From Candidatus Aegiribacteria sp. (GTDB lineage: Bacteria > Fermentibacterota > Fermentibacteria > Fermentibacterales > JCC-6), in the NCBI GenBank assembly GCA_030594645.1, contig JAUVEU010000006.1, positions 1,921 through 65,920 of the forward strand: a DNA stretch of 64,000 nt, written 5' to 3'. Position numbers and translations under genes: made by a program. Position 1 is the stretch's first letter; each line of letters opens with the position of its first letter. Under the pieces are notes generated by a model that made no database searches, was not told the DNA's origin, and saw only the letters and a list, made by a program, of their open reading frames with translations. Of the stretch, positions 37,937-47,391 are shown one piece after another.

Positions 37937-39054
37937 TGGCTTCCCTTCCGGAAATACAGGCTATGAAAAGAGCCCTGGAACTTGCTTTTCTGGGAAGAAA
38001 AGCCGCCTTTCCAAATCCGATGGTGGGAGCGGTTATTCTTGACAGCAGCGGCAACATTGTCGGGGAGGGTTTCCACGAAAAGTGCGGAGCTCCGCATGCA
38101 GAGATTGCCGCTCTTTCTGAAGCCGGCGCGGCAGCATCGTCCGGTACTATTGTTGTCTCACTTGAGCCATGCTGCCATTATGGCAGGACAGGTCCATGTA
38201 CTGACGCGATAATCAGTGCCGGAATCAGAAGAGTCGTTATCGCTATGCGCGATCCTCATCCGAATGTATCAGGGAAAGGGATAACGCAACTGGAATCGTC
38301 CGGTATTGAAGTTGAAACAAATGTACTGTTCGATGAAGCTGAATCACTTAACAGAGTATATCTGCATTATCTCAGGACATCGAGAAGCTGGATTACACTG
38401 AAAATGGCTCTCAGCATTGACGGCAGGACAGCGGCAAAAGACGGCAGCAGCAGATGGCTGTCATGTGAAGAATCCCGTAAACATGTTCACCGGATGAGGG
38501 GTTCGGTTCAAGCGGTAATGACCGGCGGTGGTACTGTCAGAGACGATGACCCCAGGCTGACCTCAAGAGGGTCTGATGATCCTGGCGAGCAGCAGCCTGC
38601 TCGGATTATAGTCTCAGCAACTGGTGATTTGGGGAATTCAAGAAAAATATTCGAAAACCCAGGAAGAGTTATAATTGCAGTTCCTGAAAATGTTGCCGGC
38701 AGCCTTCAGAAATTTCAGAGTGAGTTCGGAGCCGATGTATGGGAATTTCCGGCTGATTTCTCTGGTTACGGCTTTAATCTGACACTTCTCCTTGAACGAA
38801 CAGCTTCTGAGGGATTTGGTGAGATTCTGTGTGAATGCGGCAGAGGGCTTGCGACAATGCTTCTAAGGAAGCAGCTTGTGAATACGCTGAGCGTGTTTAC
38901 CACGCCAATGATACTTGGCGGAGAGGGACTTCCAGCGTTTGAAGAACTTGGAATCGACTCAATGGATGACTCGATAAAGCTGGAGAATGTAAGGTCAAGC
39001 CTGCTGGGAACAGATACGCATCTGGAGGGTGAACTTGTTTACAGGATTGATTGA
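37936..39054 (+). CDS. ribD: Bifunctional riboflavin biosynthesis deaminase/reductase
   Basis: CMP/dCMP deaminase motif HAEIAAL...LEPCCHYGRTGPC, followed by the reductase half. TGATG overlap with the upstream gene. Confidence 0.93.
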   Translation: MASLPEIQAMKRALELAFLGRKAAFPNPMVGAVILDSSGNIVGEGFHEKCGAPHAEIAALSEAGAAASSGTIVVSLEPCCHYGRTGPCTDAIISAGIRRVVIAMRDPHPNVSGKGITQLESSGIEVETNVLFDEAESLNRVYLHYLRTSRSWITLKMALSIDGRTAAKDGSSRWLSCEESRKHVHRMRGSVQAVMTGGGTVRDDDPRLTSRGSDDPGEQQPARIIVSATGDLGNSRKIFENPGRVIIAVPENVAGSLQKFQSEFGADVWEFPADFSGYGFNLTLLLERTASEGFGEILCECGRGLATMLLRKQLVNTLSVFTTPMILGGEGLPAFEELGIDSMDDSIKLENVRSSLLGTDTHLEGELVYRID

Positions 39055-39646
39055 GACAAAGGGCAGAGTGGTTTCGGTTTCCAGGGAAACACTGGTTGTC
39101 CGGGCCGGTATCGGAAGAGATGTTTCAAAAGGGGACAGCATCGCTGTGGACGGCTCCTGTCTTACCGTAACAGATATAAATGACGATAAACTTACATTTC
39201 ATTTTTCTCCCCATACAAGAATGAAAACAATCATCCCGGGATACTTCTCGGGGACTGAAGTGAATATCGAGCGTTCGATGCTGTTATCCGAGCGGCTTCA
39301 CGGACACATTGTAACCGGCCATATAGATGAAGCCGCAAGGGTTCTTTCGATTGAGAAAGCAGGAGGAAATACAACGATCTGGTTCTCTTTCTCTTCCATA
39401 TTTTCTTCGATGCTGGTAGAGAGAGGGTCTGTGGCGGTAAGCGGGATCAGTCTTACAGTAGCATCACTTATGAGTGGAAGATTTTCAGCAGTTCTTATTC
39501 CTGAAACGCTTTCTGTTACAACTGCCGGCAGCTGGAAGCCGGGGACACACGTTAACCTGGAATTCGATATTATTGGCAAGTATATACAGAGACAGATGAC
39601 CATGGCATCAAACGGGGAACGATTGAGGGAATATCTTGAACAGTAA
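39035..39646 (+). CDS. ribE: Riboflavin synthase alpha chain (start uncertain: TTG at 39035 or GTG at 39029)
   Basis: (M)[24 protein letters not shown], and the duplicated lumazine-binding repeat [12 protein letters not shown]. Confidence 0.9.
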   Translation: MFTGLIETKGRVVSVSRETLVVRAGIGRDVSKGDSIAVDGSCLTVTDINDDKLTFHFSPHTRMKTIIPGYFSGTEVNIERSMLLSERLHGHIVTGHIDEAARVLSIEKAGGNTTIWFSFSSIFSSMLVERGSVAVSGISLTVASLMSGRFSAVLIPETLSVTTAGSWKPGTHVNLEFDIIGKYIQRQMTMASNGERLREYLEQ

Positions 39647-40865
39647 CGGAATAGCAGAAGCGAAAGAAGCCATTGAAGCCATCCGGAGCGGAGAGATGGT
39701 TGTTGTGGTGGACGACGAGAACAGGGAGAATGAAGGTGATCTCATAATCGCTGCTGAGAAATGCGATGCTGATGCGGTGAACTTCATGGCTACGGAAGGA
39801 AGAGGACTTATCTGCCTTTCACTGGAAATTGCAATGCTGGAGAAACTGGATATTCATGAGATGGTTCCAAGGAACACTTCTCTTCACGAGACCGCCTTTA
39901 TGGTCAGTATCGATGCTGCTTCGGGCGTTTCTACGGGTATATCCGCTCAGGACCGGGCCAGAACTATCGCTGTAGCGATAGATCCATCCTCGAAATCATC
40001 AGATCTTGCCAGACCGGGACATATTTTCCCGCTGGCAGCCAAATCCGGAGGTGTTCTCTCAAGAACAGGTCATACGGAAGCAGCGGTGGATCTTGCCCGG
40101 CTTGCCGGACTTAAGCCTGCCGGAGTGATCTGCGAAATAATGAACCCTGATGGTTCAATGGCCAGACTCCCTCAGCTGCAGGAGTTTTCCGAAAAGCACG
40201 GGCTTGTTCTGACATCTGTTGAGGAACTGGTTCGCTATCGCAGGAAAACAGAAAAGCTGATCAGAGAAGTTGCCCGATCAACATTGCCGACTGATTATGG
40301 AATATTTGAACTGCATGTTTTCGAGAGCATAACGGATGGGGATATACATGTAGCCCTGGTAAAGGGTGAAGTAGCAGGCAGAAAGGATGTTCTTGTCAGA
40401 GTTCATTCACAGTGCCTCACCGGAGATGTTTTTGCTTCACGAAGGTGTGACTGCGGCAGTCAGCTGCATGCTGCCATGAGAAGGATCGAGGAAATTGGAG
40501 CGGGGGTGATTCTTTACATGGCACAGGAGGGGCGTGGAATCGGTCTTGCTAACAAGATAAAAGCATACCACCTGCAGGATCACGGACTTGATACTGTGGA
40601 AGCCAACGAGGAACTTGGTTTTGCCGCAGATCTGCGCGATTACGGAACGGGCGCTCAGATTCTTGCTGATCTTGGATTATCGTCAATCAGACTTATGACA
40701 AACAATCCCAGAAAGATAGTAGGGTTGAGGGGATACGGTCTTGAAGTCACGGAAAGAGTCCCGATAGAAGTAACCCCAACCAAAGACAATGTTCATTATC
40801 TGAGAACAAAAAAAGAAAAATTAGGGCATATACTGGAAGGAGTGGATGATGGCATGGATTCATGA
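39636..40865 (+). CDS. ribBA: Bifunctional 3,4-dihydroxy-2-butanone-4-phosphate synthase / GTP cyclohydrolase II
   Basis: [19 protein letters not shown] is the DHBPS half. [21 protein letters not shown]...[11 protein letters not shown] is the GCHII half. Confidence 0.95.
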   Translation: MNSNGIAEAKEAIEAIRSGEMVVVVDDENRENEGDLIIAAEKCDADAVNFMATEGRGLICLSLEIAMLEKLDIHEMVPRNTSLHETAFMVSIDAASGVSTGISAQDRARTIAVAIDPSSKSSDLARPGHIFPLAAKSGGVLSRTGHTEAAVDLARLAGLKPAGVICEIMNPDGSMARLPQLQEFSEKHGLVLTSVEELVRYRRKTEKLIREVARSTLPTDYGIFELHVFESITDGDIHVALVKGEVAGRKDVLVRVHSQCLTGDVFASRRCDCGSQLHAAMRRIEEIGAGVILYMAQEGRGIGLANKIKAYHLQDHGLDTVEANEELGFAADLRDYGTGAQILADLGLSSIRLMTNNPRKIVGLRGYGLEVTERVPIEVTPTKDNVHYLRTKKEKLGHILEGVDDGMDS

Positions 40866-41367
40866 AGGTCAGCTGGACGGTGACGGAATACGACCAGCCA
40901 TAGTTGTATCCAGATTTAACAATTTCATAACAAAAAAACTGCTTGACGGTGCACTGGACTGTCTTGAACGACACGGTGTTGAAACCGATGATATCAGCGT
41001 ATTCTGGGTTCCGGGAGCATGGGAAATCCCACCGATATCCGTTCGATTGGCCGATACAGGGGAGTTCGACTGTATAATCTGTCTGGGTGCCGTGATTCGC
41101 GGTGACACTCCTCATTTCGAGTACGTTTCATCAGAGAGCGCAAAAGGTGTTGCTCAGTCTGCTATGCTGTCGGATGTTCCCGTAATTTACGGTGTTATCA
41201 CAGCGGATACAGTTGAGCAGGCCGTAGACAGAGCCGGAACCAAATCAGGCAACAAGGGTTTTGATGCAGCGATGACTGCTCTTGAAATGGTCGGTCTTTA
41301 CGATCTGATAAGCGATATTGAGGAGTCCGATGAAGAAGAAATCCCTCTGGACGGAGAGCAGGACTAA
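40846..41367 (+). CDS. ribH: 6,7-dimethyl-8-ribityllumazine synthase
   Basis: [27 protein letters not shown] and [14 protein letters not shown]. Confidence 0.93.
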   Translation: MMAWIHEGQLDGDGIRPAIVVSRFNNFITKKLLDGALDCLERHGVETDDISVFWVPGAWEIPPISVRLADTGEFDCIICLGAVIRGDTPHFEYVSSESAKGVAQSAMLSDVPVIYGVITADTVEQAVDRAGTKSGNKGFDAAMTALEMVGLYDLISDIEESDEEEIPLDGEQD

Positions 41368-41373
41368 CAGAGT

Positions 41374-41796
41374 ATGGGTGTAAGGAGCAGAGGCCGTAAA
41401 GCTCTTCTTCAGGCCAGGTTTGCGGCGGAGGTCAACATGAGACCTCTTCCCGATAATATGGAGAGTATGAGAGATTTACTCTCTGATGCCGAATTGGGGT
41501 TAGGTGTTCCTCTTGAGACCGAGGACTGGGTCTGGGTAACTGACCTGGGCAGAGTAGTTCAGAATAACAGGGAAGAGATCGATTCCAGGATCGAAGAAGT
41601 CATGGAAAACTGGACGCTTGACAGACTGAATATCGTGACGCGGCTGATACTGGAGCAGGCGCTTGGTGAAATGGGTTATTTCGAACCTCCGACTCCTGCT
41701 GCCGTGGCGATAGATGAAGCTATTGAACTGGCAAAGGCATTTGATTCGGAAGAAGCCGCCAGCTTTGTGAACGGAATCCTCGACAACCTAAAATAG
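41374..41796 (+). CDS. nusB: Transcription antitermination factor NusB
   Basis: RSRGRKALLQARF, followed by an all-helical 140-aa protein. The ribH-nusB adjacency is conserved. Confidence 0.85.
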   Translation: MGVRSRGRKALLQARFAAEVNMRPLPDNMESMRDLLSDAELGLGVPLETEDWVWVTDLGRVVQNNREEIDSRIEEVMENWTLDRLNIVTRLILEQALGEMGYFEPPTPAAVAIDEAIELAKAFDSEEAASFVNGILDNLK

Positions 41797-41836
41797 CGAC
41801 AGGCACTATATTCTTTCAGGCTCCAAGAGGTCTCAT

Positions 41837-42547
41837 ATGCTTATAAGAATAATCTCGGATATACACAGTAACTTTGACGCGCTTGAAGCTGTTCTGGCTG
41901 ATCCTCCAGGATCGAAGTCATCCGCGACATTCTGCCTTGGAGATATCGTCGGATACGGAGCTGAGCCATCCAGGTGCATCGAAAAGGTTCGAGATGTCTG
42001 TGATATTGTCGTATCCGGTAATCACGACGCAGGAGTTGTTGAAAAAATACCTCTCTACAGGTTTAGCAGACCGGGAGCTTCGGCGCTTATATGGACGAAA
42101 ACAGTACTTTCAGTTAAGGATAAGGAATGGCTTTCCTCACTGCCATACTCAGCTGAATTCGATGAATTTTTCCTGTGCCACAGCTATCCCGCGGACCCGG
42201 AGAGCTGGGTGTATGTTCTCAAACCCTGGCAGGCAATCAGTGCTGTCAGCGCTAGACCTGATTCTATTTCGCTTATAGGGCATACACACCTTCCCGGCTG
42301 CTGGACTGCCGATGGAAACTACACGGATTCGGTGACAGGCAATTTCTCTAAGATTCGACTTGTGAATACGGGCAGTGTCGGACAACCGAGAGATAGAGAT
42401 TCAAGAGCAGCATATATTCTCATAAATACAGAAAAACGAACATGGGAGCACCGCAGAGTGGAGTATGATATTGATTCCGCAGCGGAGAAAATAAGGAACG
42501 CAAAGCTTCCAGCCATCCTCTGGGAAAGGTTGTATAAAGGACGCTGA
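41837..42547 (+). CDS. Metallophosphoesterase (YfcE/MJ0936-like)
   Basis: ISDIHSN, GDIVGYG, SGNHD and IGHTH...NTGSVGQPRD motifs. Confidence 0.85.
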   Translation: MLIRIISDIHSNFDALEAVLADPPGSKSSATFCLGDIVGYGAEPSRCIEKVRDVCDIVVSGNHDAGVVEKIPLYRFSRPGASALIWTKTVLSVKDKEWLSSLPYSAEFDEFFLCHSYPADPESWVYVLKPWQAISAVSARPDSISLIGHTHLPGCWTADGNYTDSVTGNFSKIRLVNTGSVGQPRDRDSRAAYILINTEKRTWEHRRVEYDIDSAAEKIRNAKLPAILWERLYKGR

Positions 42548-42551
42548 TCAG

Positions 42552-42572
42552 ATAATACCTGTCACTATTTAA
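42552..42572. repeat. Direct repeat copy 1 (ataatacctgtcactatttaa)
   Basis: 19/21 nt identical to 42966-42986. The two copies bracket the 42628..42969 ORF. Confidence 0.5.
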
Positions 42573-42627
42573 CTGGAACAATGTATGGAGAACATCCCGG
42601 AAACCTTATGAGTAGAAAGAAGTCACC

Positions 42628-42969
42628 ATGAATGTACTTCGGATTGTAATGACCGTTATTGCCCTTCTTCTGGCGGGAGCGCATTATGGCCGCGCCGGAG
42701 ATACTATCCTGAAATATCTCTTTGCCGTTCTTCCTCTCCTGCTTCTGGTTCGGAAAAAATGGTCGGATATGATTCTTGCAGTGGGTGTTTCCATTACAGT
42801 CCCTGTATGGATACATACAGCCCTTTCCATCATCGAAGTTCGCAAGGCGGCAGAAGAACCATGGCTAAGGATGGGGGTTATTTTAGGAGGGGTTGCGCTC
42901 TTTTCTCTGATTACCGCGTTCCTGAGCTTCAGGCGCATCTATCGCAATAGTAAATCAGGAGAAAAATAG
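42628..42969 (+). CDS. Small membrane protein (about 4 TM helices), unknown function
   Basis: 113 aa and hydrophobic (VMTVIALLLAGAHY, LFAVLPLLLLV, ILAVGVSITVPVWI, VILGGVALFSLITAFL). Confidence 0.55.
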   Translation: MNVLRIVMTVIALLLAGAHYGRAGDTILKYLFAVLPLLLLVRKKWSDMILAVGVSITVPVWIHTALSIIEVRKAAEEPWLRMGVILGGVALFSLITAFLSFRRIYRNSKSGEK

Positions 42970-42986
42970 TACCTGTCGCTATTTAA
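42966..42986. repeat. Direct repeat copy 2 (atagtacctgtcgctatttaa)
   Basis: See 42552-42572. It overlaps the stop of 42628..42969 and the last codons of the minus-strand GT4 gene. Confidence 0.5.
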
Positions 42987-44076
42987 TCTGTTTCATAATT
43001 GTGATTACTCTGCCGGCAGTGGTGTCCCAGTTGAATCCATCCGCCCATTCCATTCCCTGTTTCGAAAGGTTATCCCGCAGGATTCCATCGCCTGCGAGTT
43101 TATCCATCGCTGCCGCAAGTTTTTCTATGTTGCCATGAGGAACCAGCAGTCCTGTTTCGCCATTGCGGACTGAGTCTCTGAGCCCGTCGCTGTCGCTGGC
43201 GATTACAGGTGTACCGCAGGCGTTTGCTTCGATGACGGTCAGCCCCCAGCCTTCCTTCTCCGACGCGAATACCGCAGCCCAGGCTTTTCTCAGCCAGTAT
43301 AGTTTACGTTCCTGTGATACAAATCCTTCAAAAGTCACCTTATCGTCAAGATTCAATCTTTTTGTGAGTTTTTTCAATTCACTTTCGTAATCCCCTGAAC
43401 CCAGTACGGTCAGAGTGCAGTCTCTTCCTTTTTCACGGAGAAGCGCGAGAGCTGCGAGTATAAGCTGTACTCCTTTGTATTTCTTCAGCCTTCCAACGTA
43501 CAGGAATCTTCCAGGCTCAGGCGCGGGTTCACCGGGTGAGTAGAAGTCAGTATCGATTCCGCAGGGAATGACGGATACTTTTCCGGCATCTATACCTCTT
43601 CTGACAAGGTCACTTTTTGTGGAATCTGAAATTGCTATGAAAGAGCTTCCTCGATAGACCTTCGGAATGAATGATTCCATGAAGTTGACGTAGAGAGCAA
43701 GCGGTAAGGCCACTTCACGGTAAGCGGTGGTACCGAAGAGGTGAGGTACAATCGTAAGGACAGGAACCGGAGACCATTTTGGACTGTAGAACGGGATCTT
43801 GCAGAGATCTTCTATAACAAGGTCATAATTAGCCGCAATATCAAGGGAAAGCGCGAATTTTCTGAGTGTGAAATTGAAAGTGTTTCTTCTTCCATGGCGG
43901 AGTATACGAACACCGTCCATGATCTCTTCGGAAGGGAGACCCTGAACAGCCTGGGAAATCTGCGTAGCTTCATGCCCCTCTCGTACCGCTCTTTTGAGAA
44001 TCTCGTGGAGGTGTATCTCCGCTCCCCCTGTCTCGGGATTTCTGAGATCTCTCCAGTTCAGTGCCAGCAGGCGCAT
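42979..44076 (-). CDS. Glycosyltransferase family 4
   Basis: MRLLALNWRDLRNPETGGAEIHLHEI, followed by FVGRLKKYKGV...ASEKEGWGLTVIEANACGTPVIAS. The ATG at 44076 is preferred over the track start at 44112. Confidence 0.85.
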   Translation of the reverse strand: MRLLALNWRDLRNPETGGAEIHLHEILKRAVREGHEATQISQAVQGLPSEEIMDGVRILRHGRRNTFNFTLRKFALSLDIAANYDLVIEDLCKIPFYSPKWSPVPVLTIVPHLFGTTAYREVALPLALYVNFMESFIPKVYRGSSFIAISDSTKSDLVRRGIDAGKVSVIPCGIDTDFYSPGEPAPEPGRFLYVGRLKKYKGVQLILAALALLREKGRDCTLTVLGSGDYESELKKLTKRLNLDDKVTFEGFVSQERKLYWLRKAWAAVFASEKEGWGLTVIEANACGTPVIASDSDGLRDSVRNGETGLLVPHGNIEKLAAAMDKLAGDGILRDNLSKQGMEWADGFNWDTTAGRVITIMKQIK

Positions 44077-44077
44077 G

Positions 44078-44857
44078 TCAGCTGTCTTCTTTCTTTTCAG
44101 CGAAGATCCCAACTATGTAACCAAGATTCGGACCGGTAGGGGAATTTTCAATACATTTTCTGATTTTACCTCGAAGTCTGTGAACCGGTGGAATTAGAAC
44201 CGGCCTTAACGGAAGCCGTATTCCCACCTTCATGAGAACCTCTCTGAGTATTCTATACGCGAGAGATGGTGAGAAGAATCTTCCGTAGACACCGGTGGGT
44301 TCAAACCCTGCTTTCTCAAGCAGTATTGAGAGACTTCGCGGAGTGAACTGGGTCTCCCACCCGGCGAACCATGCGTTGAAAGCTATCAGTATTTTCTTGA
44401 TTACAGTATAGATGTGGATTGTTTGAGGAACGTCGGCCAGCACGGTGCCGCCCCGTTTCAGCACTCTTGCGTTTTCACTCAGGAGCATCGAAGGATCTCG
44501 GAAATGCTCCAGTACTCCCTGATGAAAAACAAGATCGATGGAATTCTCTTTAAAGGGAAGGGCAAGGGCGTCGCCGCAGACAAGGAGCAACCGAACCCCT
44601 GCTCTTTCAGCAGCTTCTCTGGCAAGCCTGAGGGCTTCGTGGGAATAATCAAGCGCTATCGAAACTGCTCCGTTTTCAGCTAGAACAACGCTGTCCCTGG
44701 CGGTTGCGGCACCAACCTCCATTACGATGCTGTCTTTGATATCCATCCGCTTGAGGATTTCTTCAGGTATACGACCATCGTTGTCGTAGATCTCGTCAAG
44801 ATCACGATCCCGTTTCCAGAAATCGTCCCAGTGCTTTCGTTCCGATGCTCTTTTCAT
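44078..44857 (-). CDS. Class I SAM-dependent methyltransferase
   Basis: Motif I VMEVGAATARDS, then LVCGDALALPF and LKRGGTVLADVP. Confidence 0.85.
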   Translation of the reverse strand: MKRASERKHWDDFWKRDRDLDEIYDNDGRIPEEILKRMDIKDSIVMEVGAATARDSVVLAENGAVSIALDYSHEALRLAREAAERAGVRLLLVCGDALALPFKENSIDLVFHQGVLEHFRDPSMLLSENARVLKRGGTVLADVPQTIHIYTVIKKILIAFNAWFAGWETQFTPRSLSILLEKAGFEPTGVYGRFFSPSLAYRILREVLMKVGIRLPLRPVLIPPVHRLRGKIRKCIENSPTGPNLGYIVGIFAEKKEDS

Positions 44858-44909
44858 TATGTGTGTAATCTAGAAGAAAGGTGCGGTGTTTCCAAGGCGC
44901 AGAGACAGA

Positions 44910-45018
44910 TGGGGGCCGGGCCTAACATCTAAACATTTTAACATACGGGGACACGCATAGAGTTGCATGTCCCCGTGGGGCGATGTTGTAAATGTTTAGA
45001 TGTTAGGCCCGGCCCCCA
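44910..45018. repeat. 109-bp nested palindrome: perfect 29-bp outer inverted repeats enclosing a REP-like hairpin
   Basis: tgggggccgggcctaacatctaaacattt (44910-38) is the exact reverse complement of 44990-45018. The inner hairpin is ggggacacgca-tagagt-tgcatgtcccc (44947-74). Confidence 0.7.
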
Positions 45019-45021
45019 TTG

Positions 45022-46323
45022 TTAATTGATGAGGTCTCTTCTTCCAATCCATCCGAGGTAATTGTTTCTTACCCGGTTCCAGTATCTGTTCAGTCTTCTG
45101 GGTACGGATGCCCTGTCCCAGTCTGTAGGTCTGTAGGATCCCGGGTCGGGAACCACGAGGGAGCTGACGTACGAGGCCTGATCGTATACCTTCTGGATCT
45201 CTTCAGCGATTTCATCGATATCATTCTGTGAAGCGATCCCGTTGGAAGTGGCCTTGTAGAACTGTACGGTAACTCTGATAGGGAATTGCGGATCCCTGCG
45301 GATCTCAAGATCATCTATTTCCGTGAAGGGGCCTTCCAGCTCCCCATGTCCGATAACAGCGGCTTCAACGTCTGACCCGCGGCTGAAGGATTCACCTGCT
45401 CCACCGAGAGCTACACATGAAGATTCGCAGCACACATCATCGAAATATGTACTCTGAGGGTTCCTCTGCTTCAGGGGAATCTGTATCAACAGAACCATAT
45501 TGAGGTTGTTCTCCTCGGATATATCCGAAGGATCTCCTCCACTGCTTACGTGATCAGCCCTGAAATCCGAAATTCGCTGTCCGGTAAAACTGGCCCGTTC
45601 GCCGTCTTCATTGAAGAAAAGCCTCTGACCCCAGCTCCAGGACCCCGGAACCGCGTCTCTTGCGTTGTCTATCACGGTTATGCTCGTACCCTCTCTTGTG
45701 ACAAGAATGGTAAGTACAGCAGGGTCACCCTCGTAGGATTGGTAATTGTATAGAACAGGATTGAATGTAGCACTTCCGGAATTTTTTATTGGAAGGAATA
45801 CTGCCTGAGCGCTTACAAGAACAACGCTGTCCCTATCTGCAAGCAGGCTGTGTTCATTCCCTTCCCATGATTCAGGATCGTGAAGGTAGTACCGGATATT
45901 GTCTACGAAATCCGTAAGTGATACAGGCGCCAGCTCTTCTCCTATCTCGTTACCCACCAGCAGATAGAAATTATCCGGGTCCATGTCCGCTGAAAGGTCA
46001 TGAAAATTAGGAAACCTTATCACAGGCATGCAGGTAAGAACGGGATGTTCCGATCCGTTCTGATAACTGTGAACCTGTATGGTCATGTCGGAAATATTGG
46101 GTCCCCAGCATGAGCCGGAGTAGCGTCCGGTATCTTCCCAGGTAACATTGACCACATCAAGCCCGTGAGCGCTTGCCATTTTTCTGACATTCTGATCCCA
46201 GACCATTTCTGATACATTCTGTACCACTTCCTGGTAGTTCTCGTCGGATGATCTGCCAGGGCAGAAGTATCCGGTGGCTGTGACACTGAGAATCATCAGT
46301 GATGTAATAGCATTCAGTAACAT
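45022..46323 (-). CDS. Secreted hypothetical protein, no family recognised
   Basis: 433-aa ORF with a signal-like N-terminus MLLNAITSLMILSVTATG and a ggagg SD upstream. Confidence 0.7.
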   Translation of the reverse strand: MLLNAITSLMILSVTATGYFCPGRSSDENYQEVVQNVSEMVWDQNVRKMASAHGLDVVNVTWEDTGRYSGSCWGPNISDMTIQVHSYQNGSEHPVLTCMPVIRFPNFHDLSADMDPDNFYLLVGNEIGEELAPVSLTDFVDNIRYYLHDPESWEGNEHSLLADRDSVVLVSAQAVFLPIKNSGSATFNPVLYNYQSYEGDPAVLTILVTREGTSITVIDNARDAVPGSWSWGQRLFFNEDGERASFTGQRISDFRADHVSSGGDPSDISEENNLNMVLLIQIPLKQRNPQSTYFDDVCCESSCVALGGAGESFSRGSDVEAAVIGHGELEGPFTEIDDLEIRRDPQFPIRVTVQFYKATSNGIASQNDIDEIAEEIQKVYDQASYVSSLVVPDPGSYRPTDWDRASVPRRLNRYWNRVRNNYLGWIGRRDLIN

Positions 46324-46480
46324 TTTCGACCTCCTTTGATGTTTTCAATGCTTGTACATATCCCTGCAGGTTAGTATTCCATTTTGCAACTCAGATACAC
46401 GGATGTTTCTTGAATGAAGCTTTTCAGATTGACAGGAAAGTCAGTAATGACAGGGAGCTTAAGAATCTGATCCGGGATAT

Positions 46481-46511
46481 AAAAAAGCGGCAAGGATAAA
46501 ATCCCTGCCGC
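46481..46511 (-). terminator. Intrinsic terminator of 46530..47297
   Basis: On the minus strand: gcggcaggg-auuuuau-ccuugccgc followed by UUUUUU, 19 nt after the stop codon. Confidence 0.6.
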
Positions 46512-46529
46512 TTTCTGAAGAGATATACC

Positions 46530-47297
46530 CTACAGAACGTTGAACAGTCGAAGTGCGGATATGGTCTGGTATTCTATAGACCCGATGTCAGCGCCGTTAG
46601 TGAAGGTGGAATCTACATAGAGATGAACAAAGTATCCGTTTGAAAGATGCCCGAAGTAAAAGTTGTTTTCCGAAATCAGTACCGAATCAACCCAGTCCGC
46701 GGAACCGGGTTCAGGCGCCACATTACCAAATACGCCGACAGGGCAGAGAGAAGTATGTCTGCCTCCCGGATACTGTGAGGGATTGTGGTTTCCGGAGTAG
46801 AAGTACAGCTGGTTGTTTGCTTCAGCAATGTAGATGTCCTGGTGGAATTTGGCCGAGTCAGCTGTACCTGTACCCGCCCCCGCTCCGTCGTCGTAGAAAA
46901 TTATTCCATTATTGAGATCATCTATTCTCATGGTGAATGGACCTGTAATAAGGGTTGCTCTCGTGTCTACCTCATTGGAATTATCGGAGGAATAATCAAG
47001 CCCTTTTGAAGCCTTTACATAATAGTACCGCGTACTCTCAGCTATTTCAGTAAGAGTCGTGTCCTCGGTAACGTTTTCATGCCAGGTTCCCGGACTGGTA
47101 CTCGACCAGTAGACATGATATCCATCCACTTCTATGTCCAGAGCATTCCAGCGAAGAACAACAGTATCTCCCCTTGATGCCGTTTCGTCTACCGTCAGGT
47201 TCTGAACGACAGGCAGGGTTCCAGAAGGTGAGGATGGTTCGCTTGAGCACCCGACCATAACGATTAGAACTGATGCTGCAAGTGCAACATATTTCAT
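46530..47297 (-). CDS. Lipoprotein with fibronectin-type-III-like domain
   Basis: MKYVALAASVLIVMVGC|SS lipobox, with the ATG at 47297 preferred over the track's TTG at 47330. FN3-like segment TVVLRWNALDIEVDGYHVYWS...YYYVKAS. Confidence 0.7.
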   Translation of the reverse strand: MKYVALAASVLIVMVGCSSEPSSPSGTLPVVQNLTVDETASRGDTVVLRWNALDIEVDGYHVYWSSTSPGTWHENVTEDTTLTEIAESTRYYYVKASKGLDYSSDNSNEVDTRATLITGPFTMRIDDLNNGIIFYDDGAGAGTGTADSAKFHQDIYIAEANNQLYFYSGNHNPSQYPGGRHTSLCPVGVFGNVAPEPGSADWVDSVLISENNFYFGHLSNGYFVHLYVDSTFTNGADIGSIEYQTISALRLFNVL

Positions 47298-47368
47298 AAA
47301 ATCATCTCCATTCATTGATGTATTAAACAAGCATAATAAATATGAATGTTTGCTTCTTGCTAAATAGT

Positions 47369-47380
47369 GAACAATTGTTT
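47369..47380 (+). promoter_or_regulatory. GAAC-N4-GTTT palindrome (Cheo/LexA-box-like) overlapping the polymerase promoter
   Basis: gaacaattgttt has a 10-bp perfect palindromic core, aacaattgtt. It sits between TTGCTA (47357-62) and TACATA (47380-85), 12 nt before the ATG at 47392. Confidence 0.3.
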
Positions 47381-47391
47381 ACATATGTTAT

